This document shows, in pieces, positions 8,596 to 18,308 of a stretch of DNA of 37,111 nt. The DNA is from Deltaproteobacteria bacterium. GTDB taxonomy: Bacteria; Desulfobacterota; Desulfobacteria; Desulfobacterales; ETH-SRB1. The notes beneath the pieces are model-generated. The model was not told where the DNA came from and did not search any database. It saw only the letters and a list, made by a program, of their open reading frames with translations. The stretch spans positions 1 through 37,111 of the forward strand of contig JAIVWD010000005.1 in assembly GCA_049190315.1 (NCBI GenBank), read 5' to 3'. Position 1 is the stretch's first letter. Each line of letters begins with the position of its first letter. A program made the translations under genes and the position numbers.

Positions 8596-9384
8596 ATGGG
8601 CCAAAAAAATATTAGGCTGATTTCGTGGAATGTTAATGGACTTAGAGCCGTGATGAAGAAGGATTTTCATAAATCTTTAAAGAATATGGATGCAGACATT
8701 GTTGCTTTACAGGAAACAAAGATTCAGGAACCTCAGCTTACAGAAGAAATGAAGAATATTGACGGCTATGAATCATACTGGTCTTTTTCCACTGTCAAGA
8801 AAGGATACAGCGGCATTGGGGTTTATACAAGGATAAAACCCAGGAATGTTAAATATGGTATCGGCGTATCAAAATATGATGATGAGGGGCGTATTATTGA
8901 AATGGATTTTAAAAACTTCATTTTTTTTAATATATATTTTCCAAACGGACAGATGAGCGAGGAAAGACTTCAGTACAAACTTGATTTTTACAGGGATTTT
9001 TTTGAATATATTGATGCTTATAAGGATAAAGGAAAATGTTTGATAATAGCCGGCGATTACAATACCGCTCATAATGAGATTGATTTGAAACACCCGAAGG
9101 CAAATGAAAAAAGGTCCGGCTTTCTGAGGATTGAGCGCGACCGGATGGATATGATAGTTAGAAACGGCTATGTTGATACGTTCAGATATTTATATCCGGA
9201 TAGAGTAAAATATTCATGGTGGACATACAGGTTCAATGCCAGGGCTAATAATGCAGGCTGGCGTATTGATTACTTCTTTGTAACGCAGAATATTATTGAT
9301 AAAGGGTGGCTCAGGGAAGCATTTATTGATAACGATGTTTATGGATCTGATCATTGCCCGGTAGGTATAGATGTGAAGATTTAA
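8596..9384 (+). CDS. xth: Exodeoxyribonuclease III / AP endonuclease
   Basis: SWNVNGLRA, LQETK, GYSG, EGR, YFPNG, GDYNTAH, YSWWTYR, GWRIDY, GSDHCP. Confidence 0.95.
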   Translation: MGQKNIRLISWNVNGLRAVMKKDFHKSLKNMDADIVALQETKIQEPQLTEEMKNIDGYESYWSFSTVKKGYSGIGVYTRIKPRNVKYGIGVSKYDDEGRIIEMDFKNFIFFNIYFPNGQMSEERLQYKLDFYRDFFEYIDAYKDKGKCLIIAGDYNTAHNEIDLKHPKANEKRSGFLRIERDRMDMIVRNGYVDTFRYLYPDRVKYSWWTYRFNARANNAGWRIDYFFVTQNIIDKGWLREAFIDNDVYGSDHCPVGIDVKI

Positions 9385-9468
9385 GTGCCCGGTGGTAAGC
9401 CCGAGGCTATCTATCCGCTGAACACGTCAAAGCTTTTTCGGTGTATTCAAGTCGGAGGAATGAAAGTC

Positions 9469-10497
9469 ATGCGAAAATTCATTTTTCTATTTCTTATCTT
9501 AATTGCGTTGCTGGGCGGAATATTTTTTTCCGCTGATACAATTTTGGAAAAAATATCTCTAAAGTCTCTTAATCATCTCAATAAAAAAGCAGCCGAATCG
9601 GGCATTATTTTTTCCAAGATGCATTTCAAGGATGTGAGGCTTCACCCTATTGATACCGTGACATGGCGGGATTTTTCAGCCCAGGGCTATCGGAAAAAAG
9701 ATGATAATGCATCAAAACAGTTTTTTACTTTTCACATTGACGAGATAATCATTCGTTTGGAAAGCTTTTCAGAGAACACTTTAACACTTCTCATGAAGGG
9801 CATTACGGTTGAGCCGCATTCGGATGAACCTCTAAGTCCTTTAATGAACAGCGGGCACGCACCTCGGTTGGAAAATGGCGAGTTTGGCATGAAGTTTCAC
9901 CTAAATTATTTCTCGCCGCCTCATGCCCGCGAACAGATACGCCGCATAGCCGAAAATTTGGTATTATTTTTTCAGCAAGGCAGATCAAGCATGCCTTTAA
10001 CTTTTTCCGGCATAAGTACTTTTAACATTGCAAAAGAGGCTGTTAGCACCAGACTGACAACAGAACGGATTGGAAGGGAATATATCCTGGTCTTAAATCG
10101 AGAAACTCTTATAGTTATCTCAAGCATATTGGAGGAAGAATTAACCGATTCCGAAGTCGATCTGTTTGCACGCAATCCCTTTCGGGCGCCACAACTGCTA
10201 CGTATTCGTAATGATGCGCAACTTACTGCGAAATTAGAACATGCCCGCAATCCGTCAGTGCCGGAAGACTCCTTTCGCCACGTTTTATGGAGTTATCTTC
10301 TTACCAGGGCGTATGGCCCTCAATTTGCCGAAAAAACCACAGATGCCCATGAGTTGGGTGCAATTGACAATACTGAAGCTGAACGGCGCAAGGATAAGAT
10401 CAATAATGCTATTGGCCGGCAATACGCCCTGGAGCATCGGAGCCGGGAGGACATCCTCTGCCTCCTTATGACAGATCCGAAAGTGATATGGGACTAA
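9469..10497 (+). CDS. Membrane-anchored hypothetical protein with C-terminal DUF6973-like domain
   Basis: N-terminal hydrophobic anchor; C-terminal DSFRHVLWSYLLT...DAHE...KDKINNAIGR. GGAGG at 9454-9458 favours ATG 9469 over the track start at 9385. Confidence 0.6.
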   Translation: MRKFIFLFLILIALLGGIFFSADTILEKISLKSLNHLNKKAAESGIIFSKMHFKDVRLHPIDTVTWRDFSAQGYRKKDDNASKQFFTFHIDEIIIRLESFSENTLTLLMKGITVEPHSDEPLSPLMNSGHAPRLENGEFGMKFHLNYFSPPHAREQIRRIAENLVLFFQQGRSSMPLTFSGISTFNIAKEAVSTRLTTERIGREYILVLNRETLIVISSILEEELTDSEVDLFARNPFRAPQLLRIRNDAQLTAKLEHARNPSVPEDSFRHVLWSYLLTRAYGPQFAEKTTDAHELGAIDNTEAERRKDKINNAIGRQYALEHRSREDILCLLMTDPKVIWD

Positions 10498-10693
10498 GGC
10501 TCAATTGATGAATTATTTGATGCGTTGCACGGAAGGTTGTAAACCATGAAAACAGCTTGTGTGGCTTTTGCTTCCACACTACCAGAATACACATCATGTC
10601 CAACTATAATTTTACGTGGTGCACTTTGAAGTTGAATTCACCAAAACAAAACCAACTTTTAGGCTATGAATTCAGAAACAGGGCACAGAGAGC

Positions 10694-11650
10694 ATGGCAA
10701 TACGAGAAATACAATATGTTTTTGAGTTTCTAAAAAGAGCAAAGGTAGGACAATCTCTACAATTGGCCTCGGACTGTATCGCACTGTTAAAGAGCAAGCC
10801 GAGAATTCGAAAACTTAGCATAGATAAGGAAATACGGTTTTGGTTTTCACAAAAAGAAAAGCTTCTTGAGGCATTCGTTAACGGGCATGTAACATTTATC
10901 GATGATTTTGGTCTTAACAAGAAAGGCTTGAATGAACTTAAAGCCTTGTCAAAGTATTCACCTGAAGTCCGCCTTGCTGAGATTGATCAGGACGGGTTTT
11001 TGTTATCGTATTTTGGTGCCATAGAAGGCGTTCCAACCGTTTCGAAAGAGAATTTTATAAAAAGAAAGAGGTATACTCTTGAAGCAGTTCTTCTGAGCAA
11101 TAAAGTCGGGTTAAAGAAAAGATATAACGGAAACAAATTGGCATTTCTTAATGAACTGAATGCACTTCATGATTTGGCTACAGCCGGCTGCAACTTGCCT
11201 TCCATAATGGATGTCGATTTTTGTAACTTAAGCATAACATTTTCATATATCTTAGGACCTGTTCTGCGCGAAGTGTTGGCAAAAAAAGGCGCCATAGTAC
11301 GTGATCGGGATGTCAATAATGATCCTCGTTTTACATTTTTATCCCCAGACAAGAGATGGATTAAACGGATAGAAGAAGGAAGACGCTATCTCAATGATGT
11401 AGTCGGCCAGGGTTTTATTGAAGATTTATATGGACAATTACTTAGAATTCACGCATCGGGTTACTTATGGAATGATGTAAAATATGGGAATATTATCATT
11501 GAAAAAAAGTCTGGAAAACCATATTTGATTGATTTTGAAAGGGCGCTAAATTGTAGCAATTTTAGTAAGACCTTTTTTGAGGTAATGTGCGACCAAGAGA
11601 AAAGGAATCTCAAACTCCATTTTGGCATCGATAATTGGGCTGTTGTGTAA
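10694..11650 (+). CDS. Protein-kinase-like fold enzyme (Kdo/WaaP/RIO/Bud32-like) at the start of the EPS arm
   Basis: VGLKK, FLNELNAL, IHASGYLWNDVKYGNIII and YLIDFE motifs. Confidence 0.7.
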   Translation: MAIREIQYVFEFLKRAKVGQSLQLASDCIALLKSKPRIRKLSIDKEIRFWFSQKEKLLEAFVNGHVTFIDDFGLNKKGLNELKALSKYSPEVRLAEIDQDGFLLSYFGAIEGVPTVSKENFIKRKRYTLEAVLLSNKVGLKKRYNGNKLAFLNELNALHDLATAGCNLPSIMDVDFCNLSITFSYILGPVLREVLAKKGAIVRDRDVNNDPRFTFLSPDKRWIKRIEEGRRYLNDVVGQGFIEDLYGQLLRIHASGYLWNDVKYGNIIIEKKSGKPYLIDFERALNCSNFSKTFFEVMCDQEKRNLKLHFGIDNWAVV

Positions 11651-11708
11651 GAATCTATTTTCCCAATCAGTTGCTATTGCGGCTTGTTACCAGTAACTTT
11701 TCCCAAAT

Positions 11709-13247
11709 ATGAATAAAGAACAGATAGTAAAAAAGAGTCTTAGTGCAACGAAATATACCGTTGTTTTCAGGGTATTGTCTCAAGCAACATCCCTTGTTGT
11801 TACTGTTCTTCTTGTCAGAGCGCTTTCCGAACATGATTATGGGATATACAATCTACTATATTCAGTAATCGGTTTATTAGGAATGGTCGCATCCTTCGGG
11901 CTTGCTAACACCCTTCAGCGATACATTCCAGAATATTACAGCAAGGGAGAATTTAGAATCGCCAACAATTTGTATCGAGTCGCCTCGATTATACGCCTTT
12001 TTTCCAATGTTGCCGTTCTTGGTTTGGGATTGATTTTCTGGGAACTTGTCGCCCCTTATCTGAAAATCGTAGCCTACAAGAATTGTTTTATGCTTTTTAC
12101 ATTAATTGTGTTGCTCCATATGCAGAGGGAGCTTCTGGAAATCTGTCTCGGTTCCTATTTTCTTCATAAATATTCTCAGGGGTTTTCCCTTGTCTTCGTC
12201 CTTATCAAGGCTGCAGGATATGCTTTGGCAATAATGACGGAAATGGATCTCTGGTTCATACTGACAATGGACCTTTTAGCCTACTTCATTATTTTTTGTG
12301 TTCTTCAAATCATTTACTACAAAAAGATTCCAATCTCTAAAGGGCATATGGAAAGGATAGGCTGGGGCGAGAAAAGGCGGCTTGTCCGTTACGCTCTATT
12401 CTATAATTTCAATGATACCGGAGCAGGGCTTCTTAATGCAGACTTTGATAATTTTATCATCGTTATGTATTTGAACCCTGTGGCGGTTGGAGCATATGCC
12501 TTTTGTCAAAGAGTAACCAGGATGATCCAGAGACTTATTCCGGTCAACTATCTTCTTGATGTGATACGACCTGCCTTTTTTTCCTTGGGATCACTCGCGG
12601 ATACGAAGAAGATCAATCAATTTTATCAGTCACTGATCAAGATAAACTACATCTTCAATATCCCGATTTTCTTTTTTATCGCTATATTCGGGGAGGAATT
12701 AATTAGGATTCTTTTTGGTGGGAAATTTCTGGGATATTACCATGTTCTCATAGGTGTATATTTTTTCTCTATGATAAATGCCTTTCAAGGGCCTCTCGGT
12801 CTTGTCGCGCAGTTGAAAGAGAAAGCAGATATCATTCTCTACAGTAAAGTCTTTGCTGTCTATAATCTGATCGCTGACATTTTGCTGATTAAATACTTTG
12901 GTATCTGGGGAGCAGTTGGTGCTACCGGTAGTGCCGTACTGGGAAAGAATCTTTTTATCTGGTATTTCATTAGAAAAGAGGCAAGTTTTAAAGGAATGGG
13001 AGAATATTTTTATAAGAGTATTCTTTTCTGGGTCTGTGTTGCGTCTGTGGTTTTGGGCATAAAAACCCTTGTCTTAAATCACGTCATTGAATTTATCATT
13101 GGATTCATCATTTTTGGTATAAGTTTTCCACTGCAATTCCGCTGTGGCCTTTTCAGCTACTCTGAGAGACAGAGTTTTAGAGTCATTACTAATGAAAATA
13201 CGAAATTAAGTTATATAGCGAAGTTCTTAGGAATTCAGACTGCATGA
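11709..13247 (+). CDS. wzx: Wzx-type oligosaccharide flippase (MOP superfamily)
   Basis: About 14 TM segments; LVRALSEHDYGIY, FGLANTLQRY, DNFII...AVGAY, GIWGAVGAT. Confidence 0.85.
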   Translation: MNKEQIVKKSLSATKYTVVFRVLSQATSLVVTVLLVRALSEHDYGIYNLLYSVIGLLGMVASFGLANTLQRYIPEYYSKGEFRIANNLYRVASIIRLFSNVAVLGLGLIFWELVAPYLKIVAYKNCFMLFTLIVLLHMQRELLEICLGSYFLHKYSQGFSLVFVLIKAAGYALAIMTEMDLWFILTMDLLAYFIIFCVLQIIYYKKIPISKGHMERIGWGEKRRLVRYALFYNFNDTGAGLLNADFDNFIIVMYLNPVAVGAYAFCQRVTRMIQRLIPVNYLLDVIRPAFFSLGSLADTKKINQFYQSLIKINYIFNIPIFFFIAIFGEELIRILFGGKFLGYYHVLIGVYFFSMINAFQGPLGLVAQLKEKADIILYSKVFAVYNLIADILLIKYFGIWGAVGATGSAVLGKNLFIWYFIRKEASFKGMGEYFYKSILFWVCVASVVLGIKTLVLNHVIEFIIGFIIFGISFPLQFRCGLFSYSERQSFRVITNENTKLSYIAKFLGIQTA

Positions 13248-13272
13248 ATCAAACATCTTTAGGGGACTGACT

Positions 13273-14124
13273 GTGTGTATAGATAAACCAAGTTTTTCGT
13301 GTGATCTGTGTGGTTCTGCTGAGCACGACGTCAAAAAATCCTTAAACAGGCGCATGGGACTTGAAAGTTCGAAATTTAACGTAGTTAAATGTTTAAATTG
13401 TGGCTTGTTAAGCCTGCATCCAATTCCAGATGAAACAGAGTTTACGGCTATATATGCTGACTATGCCCACAAAAAGCACCGCATTTCTGTTGAAAAACAG
13501 CGATTATACATTTACATCGACAAACTTGAGAAATTAAAACAATATGCTATTGGCAATAAACTATTAGATATTGGAGCAGGATTGGGTACTTTTGTAAAGT
13601 GCGCCAAGGAATATGGTTATGATGCAACTGGTATCGAATATGATGAAGAACAATGTGGGTTAAGCAAGAAGTTATATAACATCGATCTTGTAAATAGAAA
13701 GTTTGAGGACATTTGCAAAAGCTTCTTTGAAAATGGTTTTGACGTTATTAACATGCACCATGTGTTGGAACACGTTCAATCGCCAAGGAAGCTTTTGAAC
13801 AGGGTGCATTCAATTTTGAAACCAGGCGGTGTTTTGCTGATTGAAGTGCCAAATCAGTTCTGTAATGTAAGAACAGAGATAAAATACCACTTATTCCGTC
13901 GGTTTAAATATCCTAGTCACTCATTACATCACCTCTATTTTTTTTCTATAAAAACGCTCAGGTTGTATTTAAGCCCATTTAAAATATTAGAGTTAAATCA
14001 ATTTCGGCCAAAAAGAAGAGAGCTGCCACTTTTAGAAAGAATACCCAAAGACTTGTACAGGCATTTGTTTTCAAAGTTTGACATCGGTGGTAGCAGTTTT
14101 ATTGAAGCCTATTTGCGAAAGTAA
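13273..14124 (+). CDS. Class I SAM-dependent methyltransferase with N-terminal CxxC...CxxC
   Basis: CDLC/CLNC, LLDIGAGLG, HVLEHV, LKPGGVLLIEVPN, HHLYFF; GTG start. Confidence 0.88.
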   Translation: MCIDKPSFSCDLCGSAEHDVKKSLNRRMGLESSKFNVVKCLNCGLLSLHPIPDETEFTAIYADYAHKKHRISVEKQRLYIYIDKLEKLKQYAIGNKLLDIGAGLGTFVKCAKEYGYDATGIEYDEEQCGLSKKLYNIDLVNRKFEDICKSFFENGFDVINMHHVLEHVQSPRKLLNRVHSILKPGGVLLIEVPNQFCNVRTEIKYHLFRRFKYPSHSLHHLYFFSIKTLRLYLSPFKILELNQFRPKRRELPLLERIPKDLYRHLFSKFDIGGSSFIEAYLRK

Positions 14125-14460
14125 TACGTCATTTCCAGAGGATGGCCTGGCGGCAACCAGTATATGCCAACGATTGCAAGGCAACACCCGCTTTTTATGG
14201 TGAGAGGTTAATATGGCTTTTTGGTTGTTTGTCTTCCATGTTGCACATCAATTTTAGTTTGGCTACCCTCTTAAAGGGATTCCTTTTTTCCTGGAAAAAC
14301 TTGATTTTGAAATGGGAGGCAGCAATCAATAAATGCACGCAGCTATAGGAATGAGATTGCAAAACATTATAGAAAAATGGGCTCAACTCGTGTTCCATGA
14401 TAAATCATATAGGTTGATGCCTCAAAGTCATCAAAACTTTGCCGGGGGTGTTGGCACTAA

Positions 14461-15549
14461 ATGAAAAAGCGAATCGTTTTCCTTACAGAACATCATTGGG
14501 ATGTGGAATTTGGTGGAGCAGAGTATCAAATCAAACTAATAATTGATCAACTGAAATGGTTATATGATATTTATTATGTAGCTCGTAACGTAACATTTAA
14601 TGTCAAGCATATGAAACAAATAAAAATACCTCATATTGGGTTGTTAAATAGACTTGGGCCTAATTATTTTCTTGATATTACTAATGTTTATCATATATTA
14701 AGAAAGCTTAATCCAGACTTCATATATCAAAGGGTGAGCTGTGCTTATACAGGAATCGCCGCTTATTATGCCAATAAATACAATAAAACTATGATATGGC
14801 ATATTTCTTCTGACAACGATGTAAAACCTTGGGAATTCAATTTAAAAAAACAAATAATTTTCGATTATATCGATAAGAAATTTGCAGAATACGGGATAAT
14901 GAATTGTTCAAAGATAATTGGACAAACCAAGTACCAAAATAAACTTCTAAAAAAATATTATAGTAAAAAATGTGAAGTTATCATTTCAAATTTCCATCCC
15001 CTTCCTGCTCATGAAATACAAAAAAAACATCCTGTCAAGATCTTATGGGTTTCGAATATTAAATCTATTAAACGTCCAGAAATATTTGTTGAAGTTGCAA
15101 AACATTTTGAACAATTTCGTAATGTAAAGTTCTGCATGATTGGTGGAAAGCAAAACAAGAAGCTTACAACTCAACTTGAAGAAGAAATTAATAAAATTAA
15201 GAACTTAGAATATCTGGGTGAAAAGACATTAAAAGAAGTTAATAACCTGTTTTGTCAAGCACATATTTTTATCAATACAAGTGATTCTGAAGGATTCCCA
15301 AACACATTTATTCAGGCATGGATGAGGCGTGTCCCAGTTGTTAGCCTTAATGTTGACCCTGATAACGTATTAAAAAATCATGGAATAGGGTTTCATTCCG
15401 GCAGTTTAGAACAACTATTTAAGGACACAAAGAGACTTATAGAAGATGAAGAACTCAGAGAAACCATGGGGAAAAGAGCACAAGAGTATGCTTTTAAACA
15501 TCATTCACTCGCTAATATAGAAAATATTGTGGATTTATTCGACAAGTAG
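14461..15549 (+). CDS. Glycosyltransferase family 4
   Basis: GGAE N-terminal motif; NTSDSEGFPNTFIQAW (EX7Q) VPVV. Confidence 0.9.
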   Translation: MKKRIVFLTEHHWDVEFGGAEYQIKLIIDQLKWLYDIYYVARNVTFNVKHMKQIKIPHIGLLNRLGPNYFLDITNVYHILRKLNPDFIYQRVSCAYTGIAAYYANKYNKTMIWHISSDNDVKPWEFNLKKQIIFDYIDKKFAEYGIMNCSKIIGQTKYQNKLLKKYYSKKCEVIISNFHPLPAHEIQKKHPVKILWVSNIKSIKRPEIFVEVAKHFEQFRNVKFCMIGGKQNKKLTTQLEEEINKIKNLEYLGEKTLKEVNNLFCQAHIFINTSDSEGFPNTFIQAWMRRVPVVSLNVDPDNVLKNHGIGFHSGSLEQLFKDTKRLIEDEELRETMGKRAQEYAFKHHSLANIENIVDLFDK

Positions 15550-15570
15550 TTGCATAATTGTTTTTAGTAT

Positions 15571-15721
15571 CTTAAGAGTCCATAGTTCTTTCTAACCCCA
15601 TGAATTTTAAAGAAATATCCTATTGACCGAACCGTCATTCCCGCGAAGGCGGGAATCCAGCAAAATCAATGGGTTATGGATTCCTGCCTTCGCAGGAATG
15701 ACAGAACTTTGGACTCTTAAG
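15571..15721. mobile_element. MITE with 19-bp TIRs and 7-bp TSD carrying a REP doublet
   Basis: CTTAAGAGTCCATAGTTCT / AGAACTTTGGACTCTTAAG (18/19 match); TTAGTAT directly repeated at 15564-15570 and 15722-15728. Confidence 0.85.
15634..15702. repeat. REP-like inverted doublet
   Basis: GTCATTCCCGCGAAGGCGGGAATCCA...TGGATTCCTGCCTTCGCAGGAATGAC; a half copy CTTCGCAGGAATGAC lies at 2146-2160. Confidence 0.85.
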
Positions 15722-15757
15722 TTAGTATAAATCAGGATATATATTATAGGCACTAAA

Positions 15758-16930
15758 TTGAGAACTATTTACTGGATAGATTCCGACCGATTTGACACCA
15801 AATTAGATAAAAGCACATGGTTGGAAACAGGTGAGGTTTTGGCAGGGGAAAATTTTTCTGTCACTCTCTTGTGCGGCTTTAGAAAGGAAAAATATATCCC
15901 CAAGGGTTATAGATTAAAGATAAAATATTTTAGAGCTATTGATGTTCCATTCTTATTCAGATGTTCACTTCTTATAAATATATTTTTCTGGCTTATAAGA
16001 AATATCAGACAAGACGATATCATCATTGTTTCACCACAAGACTTATGGATCGCTTTCTTTCTTAAATTACTAAAGAAATGTAATTTACATCTGGATATAA
16101 GAACCGTACCTGTCGACATTTATAACATTATTGATCGTATCGATTACCTGCTTTTCTGGAAAATCCCCTTAACACTTTTTCATAAAATCCCAGACAGTTT
16201 GTCATTTATTACTGAACTGCTAAGACAAAGTGTAGAGCGGGAGTTCTGTCTGCGTTTTCAAGATTTCGTAATATGGCATTCCGGTGTGAATACACGACAT
16301 TTTAAAAGGTTGGAAAAAGAATCTGGGCAACAATCAAATAAATTTATTCTTACCTACTTGGGGGATATCACCAAAAACAGAGGAATAAATTTGGTATTAG
16401 AAGCGCTTTCCATTTTAAAGAAAAACTATCAGGAAAACATAGTATTTCAAGTTATTGGTAATGGCGCTGATTTGGCAAATCTCAAAAGTATTAGTTCAGC
16501 CCTTAAGATTAACAAAACAGTCAACTTTAAAGGCTATATCCCATATGAATTTATTCCCAAACACCTTAGAAATACCGGTTGTTTTATATGTCCGCTTCCC
16601 AACAGGCCTGAGTGGAATGTCTCAAGTCCAATAAAGGTTTTTGAGTATCTTGCTTGTAAAAAACCTATCATACTTACTCCAATTGCTGCACACAAGAATA
16701 TTGTTGAGAATGAGGATTTTATAGTCTGGACTGATGGCGACAAAGTAGAAGATTTTGTTAGAGCTATTGAATATGCTTATGAAAACTGTAATATTTTAAC
16801 AGAAGCCGCAAAAAAAGCTCCTGATGTTGTTAGAAAAAATTATGAATGGAGAGTTCAGGGTAAAAGGCTCGCTGATTATCTGAAGAGAAAATATCATGCC
16901 AGTACAACTATATATTATTTATCCTTATGA
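15758..16930 (+). CDS. Glycosyltransferase family 4
   Basis: SGVN, YLGDITKNRG, SSPIKVFEYLACKKP; TTG start. Confidence 0.88.
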   Translation: MRTIYWIDSDRFDTKLDKSTWLETGEVLAGENFSVTLLCGFRKEKYIPKGYRLKIKYFRAIDVPFLFRCSLLINIFFWLIRNIRQDDIIIVSPQDLWIAFFLKLLKKCNLHLDIRTVPVDIYNIIDRIDYLLFWKIPLTLFHKIPDSLSFITELLRQSVEREFCLRFQDFVIWHSGVNTRHFKRLEKESGQQSNKFILTYLGDITKNRGINLVLEALSILKKNYQENIVFQVIGNGADLANLKSISSALKINKTVNFKGYIPYEFIPKHLRNTGCFICPLPNRPEWNVSSPIKVFEYLACKKPIILTPIAAHKNIVENEDFIVWTDGDKVEDFVRAIEYAYENCNILTEAAKKAPDVVRKNYEWRVQGKRLADYLKRKYHASTTIYYLSL

Positions 16931-18101
16931 TCCCATTGGCATAAAAATTGGAGGAGCAGAAACCTTTATTAAAGGGTTTATTAAGTATGCGCCGGAAGAT
17001 TTTGATATAAATTTTATAGGAATAACTTCAAACGTCGAAGAACGACCAGTTAATAGATGGATGAAGTTATATTTAGGCAGTAAAAAATTTAATTTTTATC
17101 CATTATTATTTGAGCGTGATGAAAATAAGAAAACAACAATTCCTTTATCTTTACGTTTTACATTAGCTTTAAAGTTAGCGAATATAAAAGTTGAGAAAGG
17201 AGTTCTTTTTTTTAATAGAATCGAGCCTATGATATTGTTTAGGAAAATAAAGTTGCCTAAGATTGCAATTATTCATAGTGATATTGAAAAGCAAGTTGGA
17301 GAAAGCGAAGTATTATGGAGCAAATTTCCCTATATGTATTTTCTATATGAAAGTTTTATTTTAAAAAATTTAGATTATCTTTATACTGTCAGCAAAAATT
17401 CGTTGAAATTTTACCAATCAAGATATCCCCAAAAAAAAGAAAAATTTTCATTTTTACCAACATGGGTAGATGCGGAAATATTTTATTCTAAGAATGGCTC
17501 TAAAGCTTTAATGAGAAAAAAATTAAAACGTGTAAATGAAACTTTGCCGATTGATGGGAAATGGATCCTGTTTGTAGGAAGATTACAAAAAGCTAAAGAG
17601 CCGATGAGGTTAGTGGATAGCTTCTTTGAATGCTATAAGAAAAATAAAGAATCATATCTTATTATTATTGGCGAAGGGAATTTGCGAAGGAAAATAGAAG
17701 CGTACGTAGAGAAACTAAAAATACAAAAAAATATTTTTTTTCTTGGGAATATGCCTCAAAGGGTATTAGCTGATTTTTATAGAGCTTCGAATGTGTTATT
17801 ATTGGCAAGCAACTTTGAGGGCATGCCCATGTGTGTTTTGGAAGCGTTGGGGAGTGGTGTGCCTGTGGTAACAACTGAGGTGGGAGAAGTGAAACGCATT
17901 GTAAGAAATGGATTTTCCGGTGAAGTAGTTAAGAGCTTTTCGCCATTGATTATTGCGCAAGCGCTCTTAAAGGTACTGCATGATTCCGTCATATATTCGA
18001 AAAGTAATTGTGTTGAATCTGTCTCAGCATATACACCCCAAAAGGCCTTAGGACCGGTCTATGAAAGAATCCGAGAATTATATAAGAAAAAATACTCGTA
18101 A
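16896..18101 (+). CDS. Glycosyltransferase family 4
   Basis: IGGAE, LFVGRLQKAK, SNFEGMPMCVLEALGSGVPVV. Confidence 0.92.
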   Translation: MPVQLYIIYPYDPIGIKIGGAETFIKGFIKYAPEDFDINFIGITSNVEERPVNRWMKLYLGSKKFNFYPLLFERDENKKTTIPLSLRFTLALKLANIKVEKGVLFFNRIEPMILFRKIKLPKIAIIHSDIEKQVGESEVLWSKFPYMYFLYESFILKNLDYLYTVSKNSLKFYQSRYPQKKEKFSFLPTWVDAEIFYSKNGSKALMRKKLKRVNETLPIDGKWILFVGRLQKAKEPMRLVDSFFECYKKNKESYLIIIGEGNLRRKIEAYVEKLKIQKNIFFLGNMPQRVLADFYRASNVLLLASNFEGMPMCVLEALGSGVPVVTTEVGEVKRIVRNGFSGEVVKSFSPLIIAQALLKVLHDSVIYSKSNCVESVSAYTPQKALGPVYERIRELYKKKYS

Positions 18102-18269
18102 CTACTCAGGTGGATAGGCTGAAGGCTGAAGACTGTTAGGAAAAAGTGCATTTTGAAGCCATGTTTGGTGCAAGAATCAGATGTTTCCGCTAAAGTATGG
18201 CAATCGTGCTCTTCTGACCCCTTCAGCCTTTAGCCTAAACAGCTTCAGCCTGACTATGTGAGTAGTCAC
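18098..18269. mobile_element. MITE with GTAACTACTCA termini, internal inverted heptamer arrays and 8-bp TSD
   Basis: GTAACTACTCA (18098-18108) / TGAGTAGTCAC (18259-18269); inner GGCTGAA-GGCTGAA-GACTG versus CTTCAGC-CTTTAGC-...-CTTCAGCC; flanks AAATACTC / AAATATTC. Confidence 0.8.
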
Positions 18270-18308
18270 AAATATTCTTAAAAGATAGAAAAAGGTGTCA
18301 AATATTTT

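Noticed and set aside
14125-14460. Small ORFs (14142..14348, 14195..14398) or a c-di-GMP riboswitch in this spacer
   Set aside because: No protein motifs; GGTTGCCG on the minus strand lacks the upstream GCAAA/GNRA elements of the c-di-GMP-I motif.
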